Assembly: GCF_009914755.1 (NCBI RefSeq)
Contig: NC_060932.1
Length of the DNA stretch: 64,000 bases
Strand: one strand, 5' to 3'
From: the human T2T-CHM13v2.0 reference genome, Homo sapiens
Below the pieces are notes generated by a model, which was given only the letters and a program-made list of their open reading frames with translations, was not told the DNA's origin and searched no databases. Each line of letters opens with the position of its first letter. Position 1 is the stretch's first letter. A program made the position numbers and the translations under genes. Shown piece by piece: positions 27,236 through 43,228 of the stretch.

Positions 27236-30200
27236 ACCCCAGCTGAGAAGGCAAAGAAGATTTTAAACCCAGTGTGAGACAAGAGAGGAGCCAGGAGAGA
27301 GTGGCAGTGATGGTGTATGTGGCACAGAGAAAGGAGGCCCCTGTGTGCTGATTCCAGTGAGTGCACATGTCTCAATCACCTGCTGGATGTGGAGCCTGGG
27401 CTGGCACGTTCCCTGCTCTAGCTTGAGTCCTCAGGATAACTCTGTGAGACTGTTGCTATCATTCCCACTGGCCAGTGACAAAGCCAAGGCTCTCTGGGCT
27501 TACGACAGTTGCTATGGGAGGAGTCCTTTGAAAGGCACTGCCTCTGCAGGGCCAGGAGTTGGGGAAAGTGGTGTCCTTCTTCAACAGGCACAGGCGATAA
27601 GGGTTTGGGCCACTGTGGCAGCCAGAAGATTGAGATGGAAGACAGAGAGGTGACCCAGGCCCCGGCACACAGTAGGTGCTCAGAACTTGTTTCATTGGCT
27701 CCCTGATGAATCCAAAAATGGCAAGAGGAGTCCCCAGGACTCAGTTAGTGATAAGGTGAGTGCCAGGAGGAAGGGAGGCAGGAACCTGGCTCGGAATTTC
27801 TGAGAGACAAGGGGCAGAGCCAGTGGTGGAAGAGGGGAACCGAGGCCAGGCTGGCTGAGCTCAGGTGACCTTTGAGTTATTAGACCTCCAGCTGCCAAGG
27901 AAGTGAGTGGGTGAATTGAGCCCAAACTGGATGGGGTCTCTCCCTTAGATGCCAAGCCCTGGTGGTCTTCCTGGGCATTTTCAAGCTCGAAGCTTCTTGG
28001 TGTGCCATGGGGTGTCCTTGTGGCCACGTGGGCAAAGGCGCTGGCATGGCTAACACCCACACTGTGCAGGAACAGGATGGGAGGTGGAATCGGGCCCAGA
28101 GTGGGGCGGATCTGCCCCAGAGCTAGGGGCTTTTAAGAGCAGGAATTTCATTTTAATAGATGAGCAGATCATTCTTAGACTCAAGATCACATAGCAAAGG
28201 AGGGAAAAGCCAGGCCAAGCCCCCCTCCTTCAAGGCCCTCTCTGCTTAAGCCAAGGACGCCCCCCCCACACCAAGCTGCACACATGCACTTGCCCTTGCT
28301 TTATTAGAGGAAATCTGATTAGTGGATATCAGGCTTCTTAATGCGGCCTGAACCACTGCCCATCTCCACGCCTGACCCATAAATAGCTGCACTGCACAAG
28401 TGGCTGCCAGGATCAATCGGACAATCTGCAGAGGCTCCTCTGGCCAACACATCCCAAGAGGGGCTGCAGCAGGTATGAAACCTATGTCCGCCATGAGGAT
28501 CTTATTAACCGAGGTGAGGCAGGGTTGATACTCCAGGGATACCCTGCTGTTCCAAAGCAAGAGGGGTGAGCGGCTGTGGGAGGACAGTGTGTGTCTCTGC
28601 CCACAGGCTCTCACTGCGATCCAGGGCTGGGCTAAGGAGCTGGGCCTCTAGGGCAGCAGGGAACACATCTCTGTCCCCAGCTCCCTCTCTGGATGCCCTG
28701 GGCACAAAGCAGAGGCTGCCAGGCATTTGTTGCTCTGATTAATAAAATGGATGTGGTGACAGCATAGTGACTGGTGGCCAGGAAATGGCATTGGTCACCG
28801 TTCCCTCAGTCACCTACCCCCACCCAATGCCCAGAATAATCAGACATGCGTAGTAAGGGGACATTTGTTGGACCCAGCTCTCCTGTCTTCTTAAAAATAA
28901 AGATAAAAATAAAAATGCGCTCTTAAAAACAAAGATCACAGCTTGTTGAGAACTCACTAGCTGTAAGACCAGGAAAGCCACCCTGTCAGGCCTCCTTGTC
29001 TTGCACTTGGAGATAAGATGGGATTCGCCTGCAGCGCTGCTGAAGTTGAGCCAGAACACCTGTAAAGTGTCAGCACAGGTGAAGAGCCAAAGCGAAGCCT
29101 GGACCCCGGGTCTGAGGACTCTCCCTCCATCGCATGAGCCTGTGCCTGAAGCACACGCCCAGCATCCCCAGCTTCTCCATCACCGGAATCCCTGGCTTTC
29201 CCCAGACGATCTCTAAAGCCCCCTTGGTCTGCGGGATGAACGTGGCTTCCCAGTCAGGCCCAGTTCCAAACTCGATGTGGTTGCTTGTGCCCTGTGTGAC
29301 CTTGGGCAAGTGAGGGACCCTTTCTGTGCCTCTTTCCTTGTTGGTGAAACAAGGAGAAAGAGCCGGTCCCCTCCGGGGTAAGTCATGATACGAGGTTGCA
29401 CGGCTCTGGCAGAGGCCTGGGTGCCCACTGTGCACTCAGCCAATGTTGATTCTCTTCCGAGTGTAGAGGGCATGCTGCCCTCCTCTCTCCACCTAACTGC
29501 CCGCCAGCAAGGGAGCGGTGCCAGCCGCCACACGCTGACGGTGGAGACGCTACTACACAGCCAGCTCCCTCCCTGTGGGAGCTAACTTTAGCCCAGTCAC
29601 ATGGAGCATTAGTTGTGCCTGTGCCGAGAGTTTACAGATCCCTGTGGAAGGTGTTTAAATATTTTTCCTTTTCAGAAGCCTATTTCTCGCCTCTGCCATT
29701 TTCACCTTTGTGTGGCAGAAGGTATTTTTGCAAACGCAGCAGAGGTGGCAGCAACTTCGCAGTGTGATGCGGCGTCCCTGCACACGCCGCTGCTATTTCG
29801 GGGATGCACAGGTGTATCATTTGTATCATTCCAGGCGCTGTCAACTCCCAGAGAAAGGGAAGAGAGGATTGGGTGCTTCCAGAGGCCCCCAAAGACCCCC
29901 TCAGGCACTGGCGCTGCCCCAGGAGGCCTTCCTGGACCCTAAGCTGTTCTGAGCCATGGCCTTAAGAGCTCTCCACTGCAAAAGCATCTGCCCTTAGCAC
30001 TTCCCACTGTCCCCTGGAGCTTCCTAAGGACAGGGCCTGTGTCCAATCCATCTATGTCCCCGGCATCCAGCACAGCACCCAGCACAGGGCCAGATAACAT
30101 TTACTAAACTGAATTACCTCCTGGTGGCCTCTGGAAGTACACCGGCTTCAGAGAGGCTTCTCTGCCTCTGAGCTGCTCTCTGCTCCCTTCACTTGCTGGC

Positions 30201-31692
30201 AATATGAGGTTGATGGGAGATGGCAGGTTTGGGAAATAGAGGCCCATGGGATCATGTGGGGGCCGCAGGAGCCCCAATCAGCTCAGGCTGGGGGGTCCCA
30301 GCAGGCTTCCCAGTAGAGGGTACTTCAGTCTGGCATTTGTCCCTAGGCAGGGAAATGGGTGAATTCCCGGCTCACACAGTTGCTGTGAGCACTGAGCCAA
30401 CACAGGTGATGCCTCTAGGATGTGCCTGGCTCACAGCAGGGGCTCATCCAGGTTTAAGTCCCTTCCCATAGGGCAAGAAGGCAGGTTGTCGATTAGGCAT
30501 CTTCCTCATTTGACAAATGAGACTCTGGCACAGAGAAGTCTAGGAACTTGCCCAAGGTCATGGAAATAACTGTCTGTATAAGGAGACACCACGTACCTTC
30601 TGGGTCCCCAGAACCCAGGCCCAGGCCATCCTGAGTTCCCCAGGGAGTCTGATGCAGCTCAGCAACCCAGTTCTTCCCACTGGTATCTACAAGGGGTACT
30701 GGGGACCAGGCAGCAAAACCTGCAAGGTCCCTTTTTGCATGGAGTGGATATGCTAATGGCACAGATGGGCAACGAACCAGTTAACCAGCAGGATAAGCTG
30801 CAAGGATGATTGCAGGGAGATGATCAAACAGAAGGCAATGATTAGGAGGCAGTGTGTGGTGTAGGGGGAGACCTTTGGGATGCACTGGTCAGGGAAGAGT
30901 CCCCATGGAGACAGTATTTGAGCTGAGGCCTGAATGACATTTGTGGACCCAGAGGGAAGGCATCCAGACAGAGGGAACAGCGGATGGAAAGGCCCTGAGG
31001 GTGGAAGAGCTTGGCATGTTCAAGGAAGAGCAAGGTGGCTGATGTGGCTAGGGTGTGGGCAGCCGGGAAAAGTGGCACAAGACAAGATCAGAGGTCAGCT
31101 CTCCTTGGCCCCAAAGAGGACAGGAGGCAGGTCTAGAGTGCAATGGTTCCTGAAGGCACAGGCAGGTCTGGACTTCCCTTGCGCATTCACAGAAATGCAC
31201 TCTGTGCTTTGTGTAGAGGAGAGAGCTGAGGTATGGAACACCTTGTTGGATGGGTGTGGGATCTCAGCATCCACATTCCTGCTGGCCTCTGAGGGACAGG
31301 GACCTGGGACCTAGGGAGATCTCTGATAGTATTTCTGATTCTGGAGGGAAAAAGACCCCCAAGAAATGGGTGGCCAGTTCAAGCCACCATGACACCATCA
31401 CTGATGACTGTAAACATGTGCAGGTTATGGTGTGCATGGCTCAGGTTCAGCTGGGCTGCAGCTGAGCCTCCATTGCCACCCTGACCACCTCCACAGTGTC
31501 AAAGTCCACTCACAGGGACCAGGGGCTGCTGGGGTGAGTTTGGTAAAGTTCCCACAGCTTCTTCTAACACCAACTGGCTCCCAGTGCCTTGGAACAGGCC
31601 TGGCAGACACAATGTGATCTTATAGCACCAGGAAGTGTCCCCGTTTCTCCAGATCTCTCCCATTGCCACTCCAATGCCTGAAATCTCTTTAA

Positions 31693-32050
<358 letters not shown>

Positions 32051-32680
32051 TGATCACAAAATCAATACCTTTTTACACAAAAATTGAGAAAGTAAAGTAA
32101 TACATTTAAAAACGACTCTGAATCCTAAGGATTTTGCCTCTGGGGAAGTCTAGCTGCACCATTTTAGCAGGTTGGTGGGGAGCCGGCTTCAGGAAACACT
32201 GACTTCACACCCCCAAGTCAAGAGTTGAGTTCAAGGGAGTCATGGCAATGCAAAGGCAATGGAGCATTCAGGGGAGGAGGTCAGAGGAGGCCCCAGAGAG
32301 GAACGAGAAACACTGATGCCCCGACCGGCCCTGCTGAGAGGCTCTGTCTGGGCCCAGAACCACCATCCTCCCCAGCAAGCACATCTCAAGTGGCGCTCCG
32401 GTTTTTTGGGCACTTCCCACGTTCCCACAGTACAGCCCAGGATGGGACCAGGCAGAGATTCCTGTCTCCATTGAACACAGGGCTCGGCCCGCGGCCACAG
32501 AGCTGGTTTGGGATGTGTCGAGAGCAGAAGCCCATGCAGCCAGTCCAGGCCCCACTTGTCCCCAGCATGGTCAGCCTCCCTGGGCAAGCCACATTCTACC
32601 TGATCCCGACTGGCTCTGACACAGCTCTGGAGGTACCCAGAGCGGGTTAGGAGAACTTCCTGAGCATAAGGTCAGAGACG

Positions 32681-32694
32681 GTGCCACCTCCTGG
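32681..32694 (-). promoter_or_regulatory. Candidate CTCF motif
   Basis: Minus strand CCAGGAGGTGGCAC, one mismatch to CCASYAGRKGGCRS. Confidence 0.4.
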
Positions 32695-35534
32695 GACGTC
32701 AGGAGGCATCAGGCTGGTCTCCCCTGGGTAGTGACAACTCTGCAGTCTGGAGCACTGGCGAATATCCCCAAAATCAAAGCCAACTTGAGTATGGGCACTT
32801 CAGGACCGCCATGCTTGAGGGAGGAGGTGGCTGGAAAGAACACCTTTTGCAAGGAGGGAGGCGATATTGGTCAAGAACTCAGGCTGTGTTCTTGGGCAGA
32901 CCTGGTTCAGATCTTGGCCCAAGCACCAAGATGTCCTGGGTGAGGGCCCTGGACTCAGAGCTTCAAGCTTTTCCCTTGCAGAATGGATGTAATGAAGCCT
33001 CCTTGCTAATCAGGTGGGACGGGGGTGGATGAAAATCTATAATGTGAGCCATGTGCTGCACTAGCTCAGTCTCTGACCTTGACTCAGGAGAGCACAAAAG
33101 AGTGGGCCTTGAGTCAGATGGTCCTGGTTTGGAATCCTGACTCCACTGTGTACCTGCTGTTTGGCTGTGGGCTGGTCACTTTGCCAGTCTGAGTCTTGGT
33201 TTTCCTGTCTTGAAGTGGGGATGGGTGCATGTTTTCCTCTTGGCAGAGTTCCTGGCACAGGGAAGCACTGATTGGATGTGAGCTGGTCATGTTTGCCTCT
33301 GTCCTTAGCCTTGAACCTCACTCTGTAGCAAGCTACTCTTGCTTCTCCTCACACAGGGGCACCAGTGACACCCACACACCAGCAGTCCTGGGGACTCCAA
33401 ACCCAGCCGGGTAGAGGTGGTAGCAGGAGGATCAGGGCATCAGGGAGGAAGAGGGGGATGTGGGGAGAAGCAGGGGAACTCCCCCAGTAGAAGGGGAAGT
33501 GAGCAGGTGGTCAGACAGATGGGAGAAATGGCAGGTAAGGCTTAACCCAGAGTGAGGTTCTGTGATTCTGGTCCAGGTGGACACCTCCTTGGTGCTTCCA
33601 CTCCAGAGTCCTCCCTCTCCCAAACTAGACCTTAGAGTCCAACAGCCTCAGGACCAGAGGAGAGAAACACATGTTCATTCTTTCTTGACACAAACATCTG
33701 TTAAGCATCTGCTTGGCCAATTCCTGGTCCAGGTACTGATGATACAAAGGTGAGGTGGGCACCATCCCTGCCCCCGGGAGCTCATGTTGCTGACAGCATA
33801 TGTTCATGTGGCCATCACCATGGCCATGGTTCATCATCAGCAACAAGGCCCCCCAGGTCAGCTCAAACACGTCCCCTTCCCCCACTCCTTGTGTCCTTGG
33901 CCAACCTGACTTCCGGCCAACCCAGCACTCATCTCTACTATGACTTTTGCCATCTTTTCTGGCATCATGGAAAGTATGCAGGAAAAAGATTCAAGGCCAG
34001 GCCCTGGGGACCACAGCTTCCTTCATCTTTCCCTCTGTCTTCACCTGGGGCCAGGCCTACATGCTGGTGTGATAGTTCTCCAGCCTCTCTCAGACCCTTC
34101 CGGTTTTCTCTTGAAGGCCTCCTCCCTAATCAATTTCTCTCTACTGGGTTCAACTGCATCTCCGCATCTTTACCCAGGGGCATTTGACATTCAGACCTGA
34201 GCCCTCAAGAGCTGATAAAGAAAACTTATAACATGTAAGGGGCCGCCAGCCAGACAGGAGAAGAACAGTTACACCTAGAGAAAGAGCACCCATATCCTAT
34301 AGGTTTCTGAATCAATCGGGATGGGATAGGTTATGCAGCAGTAAAAAAAGATTTCAAAAAATTAAAAATCAATGGCTTAAAACAGCAAAGGCTTATTTCC
34401 TGCTCGTGTGAGTCAATGGGTAGCTTTGCAGGTAGCTCTGTTCCCTGGGGTCCCTCCCAGACAGGCCAGGCTCTTCTGATAAGAGCTTCATGATCCCTGG
34501 CAGGGAAAGGGAATGTGACAAATGCTGCAATGGGTTTGAAATCTTCTGCCCAGAAATGTCCCACATCACTTCCAATCTTGTTTCCTGACTGCAGCATGTC
34601 ACATGGTCATGCCTGGGGAGTGCAGTTTGGCTTCCCACTCAGCAAAGACCTTGACCCAAGAATCCTGTCCCCAGGCAAGCTCCCCCTCATGTGGGAAGGC
34701 AAACGAGAGAAGTTTGAGAGCATGCTGCCTGAATCACCCACATCTCCCAGCTGAGGAAAAGACTCGGGAGAAGACTCAAACCCAAAAACAAATGAGACAG
34801 AATAGAGGCCACAAAATGAAGAGAGATGAAAAGGGAAAGACACAGTGGTGAGCAGCAGACCTTGATATGTGGATAAATTAAATCAAAATGAATAAGGATA
34901 GACCTGTCTCAGACTGCACAGCGGAAGTGCTGAGTAAGGGCTCCTGAAATAGGAGGTCCAGACTGGAAGGGAAAATTCTAATGATAGGCTCTTCATAAAA
35001 GCTATAGCTCAGCAGCCTCTAGGAGCTGAGGGGAGGGGAAGTTAGACATTTTCCAGAGTCTCATCCTTGAAGGGGAGGGGAGAGGAAGAAAATAAAAGAA
35101 CTCTAGAAGTGTCACCTTTTTAGACCAAAGAAGAATAATTATGAAAGAAATAGAACATCTTGTTGGGTGAAATAGTTGGCAGGTTGTTTTCAGCCAATAG
35201 TAGAGAAATCTGTGCCTGGTTATACAAGCCAGAAAAGGAGGTGGCTTTGAAAGCAATGGGAGGATATGGTAGGGACTTCCTAATTAACAAAGGGGAAGAA
35301 ATGGAAGGAAGAACAACTTAATCAGACCATCAAAAATGAGAGAAAGAGAAAGGACAAAAAATGGCAAAAATCAACAAAAGAATATTGTAGGAATTACGTT
35401 AATTAACTAAAGTTAATACTCTAAATGAAGTGAATTCTCCCATTAGAAGACAAATACTGTCATATTGGGTTCAACAAGCAAAATGAACAGAAAAAAGATA
35501 ATAATAAGCCATGTATTAGAAATACACAGAAAAC

Positions 35535-35838
<304 letters not shown>

Positions 35839-36465
35839 ATTATATAATGAAACAATATGTAGCCATAAGCCTGTATGGGGAAAAAAAGAGGAACTAAATA
35901 TATAAAGCAAAAAAGTATTAGGAAAGAAAAGAGAATTTGATAAAGAAAATTATAATGAGAGATAACTGCACACTTCTATCAGACATGGACAAAAAAATAC
36001 TAGACAGGGAAGCAGCAGTGTGATGTATTGTATGCCGGCTGATTGAATCCTAGTTTGAACAAATCAGATTTAAGAGGCCATTTTAGGAACAATTAGGGAA
36101 ATGTGAACATGAGTAGAGTTTTAGAAGGCCATAGGACATTATTGTTCTTTTCTCATGTGCAATAATGGTATCATGGTTATGTGGGGAAGCACCCTTTGTT
36201 ATTAAAGGTGGATACGTAACCATCTAGGAGTGAAAGTCCATGAAGCCTATCATTTACTTTTAATACCCCAGTGAAAAAAAATAGAGCAATATATGCACAG
36301 TTATTGGATCTTTGCAATGTGTATGGTGTTCATGATACTTGTTTCTCTGCTTTTCTGTACATTTAAAATTTTTCAAAACAACCAACTTCAAAGAATGACA
36401 TCAGAATTGAAAAATGCAACAAATAGATGTGACCATCCATATGATATACAATGGACGAATACTTT

Positions 36466-36605
36466 TATTTGTTTGTTTTTTAGAGATGGGGTCTCACTAC
36501 GGTGCGTGGGCTGGTCTCAAACTCCTCAAACAGCTCCAGTGATTCTCCTACCTCAGCCTCCTGTATAGCTGGGACTACAGGTGCATGCCACACTATACCT
36601 GGCTA
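36466..36605 (-). mobile_element. FLAM / Alu monomer
   Basis: tagagatggggtctcact...ggctggtctcaaactcct...ctcagcctcc...gctgggactacagg. Confidence 0.75.
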
Positions 36606-38482
36606 AAAATCAGTTTATAATAGAAACTAAGAACATTTTACCAAATTCAAGTACACAAGAACAAAGTTTTGCACAGGCCATGTGCTTCTGGCCATATCCC
36701 ATATGAGTAGAAATAAATAATTAAAAGGGAGCAAACCAAGAAAAATGCTTTACTTAAAAATTTAAAATATCCCTACATAATCCTTGGATGAGAGAGAAAA
36801 TCAAAGAAGAAATTAAATACTATTTGGAAAACAAAGAAAAAGAGAGTGTTTCCTATTAAAAGATAGGGAGGGAAGTTAAGACTGTTTAGAAACATCCAGC
36901 CTTAAATGTCTTTATCAGAAGGGGAAAAAGACTAAACATAACATTATTTTACTGCTTGTCTCAAGAAAGGAAAAGGAACAATAAAAGAAACAAAGAGGGA
37001 ATTCACAAAGATAAGAACTGAAATTGATGAAACAGAAAATTAAAAAATAGTGTAAGGAATAAGTAAATGCAAAAGCTGGTTCTTTGAAATGGCTGATAAA
37101 ATAGAAAAAAAAAAACTCTCGTGAGTCCAGTTACAGAGAATGAAGAAAGAGACTGAAATTAGACAAGATTAGGAATGAGAAGGCAGACATAACCAATATA
37201 ACTACAGATACAGGGGAGATAAAAAATAATTATGAGAGAACGTTATATGCAACTCTGTGATAACAAATTGAAACCTCAAGGAAATGGATGATTTTCTAGT
37301 AGAATTACCAAAATCAATTCAAGAAAAAAATGGAAAATTGTAACAGACCAATTACCATTTGGAGAAGGTGATTGGAGACCTGTCAGTGAAAGGCAGCAGA
37401 ATCAGACAGGCTTACAGCTGAGTTGTACCTAATTTCTAAAGAACTAATCATTTCAATGTTGTTTAAACTATTTTGAGCCATAAAAAAGTAGCAAAACTGC
37501 CTTATTCATCCCATGCATCTAGAATAACTTTAGTACAGGTAGTACGAGATAATAGAAACTACACATGAATGGCACTTATAAGTTAAAAGTTTCTAAATAA
37601 AATAATACCAAACATTAATAGAATCCAGTACATCTCAAAAAGATAATACATTACCCTATTAGGTTTATTCTGGGAATGCACTGTGTGGTTGAGGACCCTT
37701 GGCCCTGAGGACACTTTGTAGGATATTGTCACCCCTCTTCTCCCAGCATCTTTTGGCATGACAGAAGCAAGTAGATGTTAGGCAAGGGTTACTAGTGCAT
37801 TGATGAGCTCAAATTAACAAGACTGGAGAGATCTAAGACATCCAATGGAGACTTAATATCTTTTAGGAAATGCCAAGATTTTATACGGAAATTTTACTGG
37901 GTTTATGTCCAAAGCAGGCTCTAAACAATAATATGGTTTCAGCATCTTTTACACATTCCAGAAAACCAATTCCTTTCCCTTCTGATTTGAAACACACTAT
38001 GGGAAAGGCTAAGGGAATTTTCCTCTTTTTGAAATAAGCAGCAGTGTGCACATCGCTATCCTGAGCATGAGATATACCTAATGTCACTGAATTCTCTGTA
38101 GGGAGGTGATACTATCAGCACTGAGGCTTGGAGAGGTGCAGTGACTTCCCAGGACATTCAAATGGCAAGGGCAGAGTCCAGATCTAACGGGCATAGTCCG
38201 GATCTAAACCCAAATGAGACTGGATGTGAAGCCCAAGCTTTCACTGGCAGACATGGAAGCCTCACATGTCCTCTGGTGACTTCCTGGTTCGTCGAAAAGT
38301 TCCAGTCCATTTATTCAAGGCCAGGCGGAATACAACAAGCACTGAATTAGGCATCAGGAGACCTGGATTCTATTTCATGCTCTGCCACCAGCTTTTTGGG
38401 GGCCTGGGCCAAGACTTTTAAGACTTCTGCCCTTCTGCAACTGAGTTCCTTATAAGGCTTGTCTCCGGAGTGGTAGCTGTAG

Positions 38483-38503
38483 GTCGCTGTCCGTGGTGCT
38501 AAA
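38483..38503 (-). promoter_or_regulatory. RE1/NRSE (REST-binding) element
   Basis: Minus strand TTTAGCACCACGGACAGCGAC matches the consensus TTCAGCACCACGGACAGCGCC at 19/21, with canonical half-site spacing. Confidence 0.85.
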
Positions 38504-40179
38504 GGCGTTCCTGCCTGAGGGCTCCAGCTTCACTCACAGAGGAGCAGGCTTGGGCGGCTGCCAGGAGAACACTGTGATTAATCAGCAGGTTTGAAATGGC
38601 AAACTAAATTCTAAAGGTGGAAGGAAGGAAGAATTCTTTATTGGTTTGCTGGGTCAGTGCCAAAGGATCTTAAAATTCTTTCTCTTTTTTTCTTAACCAA
38701 AAGCCACGTCTTTGACAATTCTCATCATCTGAATTGAATATCTCACTTTTTGGACAGAGACCTAGATTAATTAAGTTTCCACTGTGCAGGTGAAGAAATG
38801 GAACATTTCCTAATTTCTAAAGCTCTTTGTTTGCTCCTCACAAATCCCATTATTCTTTCCCCCAGAGGGAATCAGTATGCTAAATTTCGTGTTAATTACT
38901 TTTTGGTCTTTATCATTTGCTTGTGTGTGTTTCAACTTGTGTATATATCCTTAGTAAATACATTGATTTGCTTTTAGAACTGCACTTAATTGGAGTCATA
39001 CTGCATGTATTCTTCTATCCCTTGCTTTGTTCCTTCAACATTGTGTTTGAGATGCATTCATGTTGTTGCATATTCATGATTGTGTAGTATTATTCTATAG
39101 AGTATGCCATAGTGTATCCATTCCAGTCTTAATATGACATATGAATTTTGTCATTTTTCCTATTATTAGTAATTATACTATAAACATTCTGGAACATATA
39201 TTATGTTGCATGAGACTTTAGGTTTCATTAAGGGTATGTAGCTGGTAGTGGAATTGTTGGGTTATAGCCTATGACTAGTTCAACTTTACTAGAAGTGGCA
39301 GAGACTTATGGTGTTCACTATATCCCATTCTCTCCTCCTCCTATGGGAGATATGACCCATTTGCAGTCAGTTGGAGTCATGAATCTTGCTCTGCCCCATG
39401 GATTCTGAAGATAAGTCACATATCCTTGCCAGGTTGAATATTCTCAGTACAGTGTCAGACCCTCTTCATATTACTCCATTTGTGACTTGTCTTTCCACTC
39501 TCTTTGTGGTAAATTTTGATGAACAAATGTTCTTAACTTTCACATAGCTGTATTTATCATTTGTATGGCTTGTGCTTTTTGTGTCTTATTTAGAACATCC
39601 ATTCACTATGCCAAGATAATAAAGATATCTATAATGTCTTCTAGATGCTTGATAACTTTGCCTTTCATGTTTACATATTTACCTAGAAAGCATTTTTTAT
39701 ATGGTGTGTAGTAGGGTCCAACATCTTTTTCCCTATGGTTACTCATTTTCCCAGCACTGTGTAAGGAACTGTCCATCCTTTCTCCACTGGTATGTGATAG
39801 TGATATGTCATGCATCAAGTCTTCACATAGGGATATGTCCATTTCTGGGCTCTCCACTGGTCCATTTGTCTATTCCACACTAATTGCTTTAGCATAACAA
39901 TACATTTTGATTTATTCTTCAAGAGTATGTTAGCTGTTGTTGGACCTTTGCATTTCTACATAAATTTTAGAATCAGCTTGCCAAATTCCACCAAAAAAAG
40001 TCAAGATTTTTATTGGCGTTGCATTGAATCTGTAGATCAATTTAGCAAGAATTTACAACTTTATGAGAAGGAGTCTTCCAACCTATTTATTTAGATCTTC
40101 TTTAATGTCCTACAATAAATTTTTATAACTTTCTCCATAAAGGTCTTGGATATTAAAGGAAAGATTTATTCTTGGTTTC

Positions 40180-40675
40180 TGTATTAGTTTCCTATTGAGG
40201 AACAAATTGCCACAAACTTAGTGGCTTAAAACAACACAAATTCCTTATCTTACAGTCCGGGAAGGATGAAGTCTGAAATGAGTCTTCTCACTGGGCAGAA
40301 ATAAAGGTGTCAGTAGGGCTGCATTCCTTATGGAGTTCCTACAGGAGAACATGTTTCCTTACCTTTTCCAGCTTCTGAAGTTTGAGGCATTCCTTAGCTT
40401 TTGACCCCTTCCTCCATCCTCAAAGCCAACGACATTGAGCTAAGTTCTCTTGCTGCCATCTCTCCGGCTCTCCTTTGCCTCCTTCTTTCCCTTTTAAGAA
40501 TTCTCATGATTACATTACATCTACCTTGATAATCTCCCTATCTTAAGACCAGATGATTAGCAACCTTAATTTTATCTGTACTCATTCTTCTTCTTTGTCA
40601 TGTAACTCGGTATTATCATAGGTTCTGGGAATTAGGATGTACACATCTTTCAGATGCTGTTATTCTTCCTACCAT
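40180..40675 (-). mobile_element. MLT1C/D-like LTR nested in L1
   Basis: tgtattagtttccta...acaaattgccacaaacttagtggcttaaaacaacac...ggttctgggaattaggatgtacacatcttt. Confidence 0.8.
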
Positions 40676-42819
40676 GGGTTCTTTATATTTTTTGAAGTTC
40701 TAAGAATAAAGTTTATAATTTTATTTTCTAGATGTTTGTTGCTATGGTGCAGTAATGTTGTAGATTTTTGTATATCAATTTTGTATACAACCTTGCTGAA
40801 TACAATTCTAGTAAATCTAAAGATTCTTTAGTTTTTGTTATTGATGATATAATGTACATGAGTTTTGTTTCTTGCTTTCTAGACTTTATGCCTTTATGTG
40901 TGATTCTCTTTGCTTTTCTGTGCTAGTATGGACCCCTTATACAATGTTGACTAAAGTGAAGATAATGAGCATCCTTGTCTTATTCCTACCTCAATAATGA
41001 GAATAAGGCTTGCTGTATACAGTTTTTACAGATAGTCTTTTATCAGGTTAAGGGAATTATCTTCTAGACCTAGCTTGCTAAGAGTTCTTTTTGGGTTTGG
41101 GGAGTTTTTAATCATGAAAGAATGTTGATTTTTATCAAAAGCTTTTGATATGATCATCAAAGGATGATCATATGATTTTTTCCAATTTGTTAGTGGGGTG
41201 AATTCACTAATGCTTTTTTAATGTGAAACCAACCTTGCATTCTCTGAATGAAGACACCTTGATCATGATACACTAACTTTTTCACACATCATTGAATCTG
41301 TTACCATTTAGAAGTTTTGCATTTTAAATGATACTTGATTTAGCCTGAAATTTCCTTTCTCATGTTGCTTCGTCAGATTTTGGTATTAAGATTATACTAA
41401 CCTTATAACAATATTTGAGTGTTTACTCTTTTTCCACATTTGTAAACATTTTGTATATCATTACAATTTTTTTGTTCCTTAAATATTTATTAGATTAAAA
41501 ACCATCTGGGCCTACAGTTTTCTTCTTGGAAAGATTTTTACCTTGATTTGATTTCTTTACTGGCTTTAGGATTATGTAGTCTATTATCATAAATTTTATT
41601 ACATTTTTCTAGACAATTTACATTTAAGTTTTCAAGTTTATTGACATAAAATTCTTCATAATTTCCTCTTACATTTATAATATCCTTGTATCATTGTCTG
41701 CAATATCGGATGTCCCCTTTATTTGTAATGCGGTTACTTGTGCCTTTTCTTTGTCCTTATTAATCTAGTCAGAGTTTTCTCCATTTTATCAGCTTTTTCA
41801 ATAAATAACCATTGGCTTTTTCCTATTGTGTGTTTCTTTTCTATTTTATTAATTTATGATCTTATCTTTATTATATCCTACTCTTTTCTTTGATCTCTAC
41901 TGCCATCATTTTCAGTTCCTGGGGATGGTGCTTAGCTCATTAACTTTCACACTTTCCTCTTTTGATTACAAGCATTTGAGTTTATAAATTCTCCCTCTAA
42001 ATACTGACTTATCTGAAGCATACATGTTTTGACATATACTTTTATTATTGTCCATTTTCAATATTTCCTACTTTCCATGGTGGTTTCTTATTTCAGCTAT
42101 GAGTTATCTAGAAGTGTTACCTAATTTCCAAATACATGACTTTTATAATTATAAAAAATTAAAATGATAATTAAACCACAAAAAAGTGATCAAGTTCTAA
42201 CTGAATCATATTGGGTTCAGATAATGTGATCTATAATACAGTCCTTCCACTACATATTGGGCCATAAAACAAACAATAACATATTTGCTTGATGAAAATG
42301 TCTCTGTACAGCAGTTGAAATACTTTATATATGTCCATTAGGTCAAATTTATTAGACTTTTCAAATCTTCTCTACCCTTAAAATTTTTGTCTTCTTAATC
42401 TTTCATTTTCTGAGAGAGCTGTGTTAAAATCTTCCACTGTAATTATTGGTTTGTCTATTTCTCCTTATAGTTCTGTCAGGTTTTGCTTTATGTATTTGAC
42501 ACTGTATTATTAGTTGCATACAAATTTGGAGTTATTATAGCTTCCTGGTGAATTACTACTCTTATCATCATATTATTGTCTTTATTTCTAGAGTAATTTT
42601 GGTTTTTGTGCCTTATAATTTCTTTTCATTAGGACTTTTCTGTTACATATTTTCTTGCCATTTTATTTCAACCTTCTGTATCCTTATGTTTTAATCTATA
42701 TTGTAAACATCATAAACCTGATTTTGTGGGTTTTGTCATCTTTCAGCTAACAGATTTAGTATATTTTCATTTATTGTAGGTACTTATTTCCATAACTTAT
42801 AATCACTTTTTAGCTGTTA

Positions 42820-43228
<409 letters not shown>

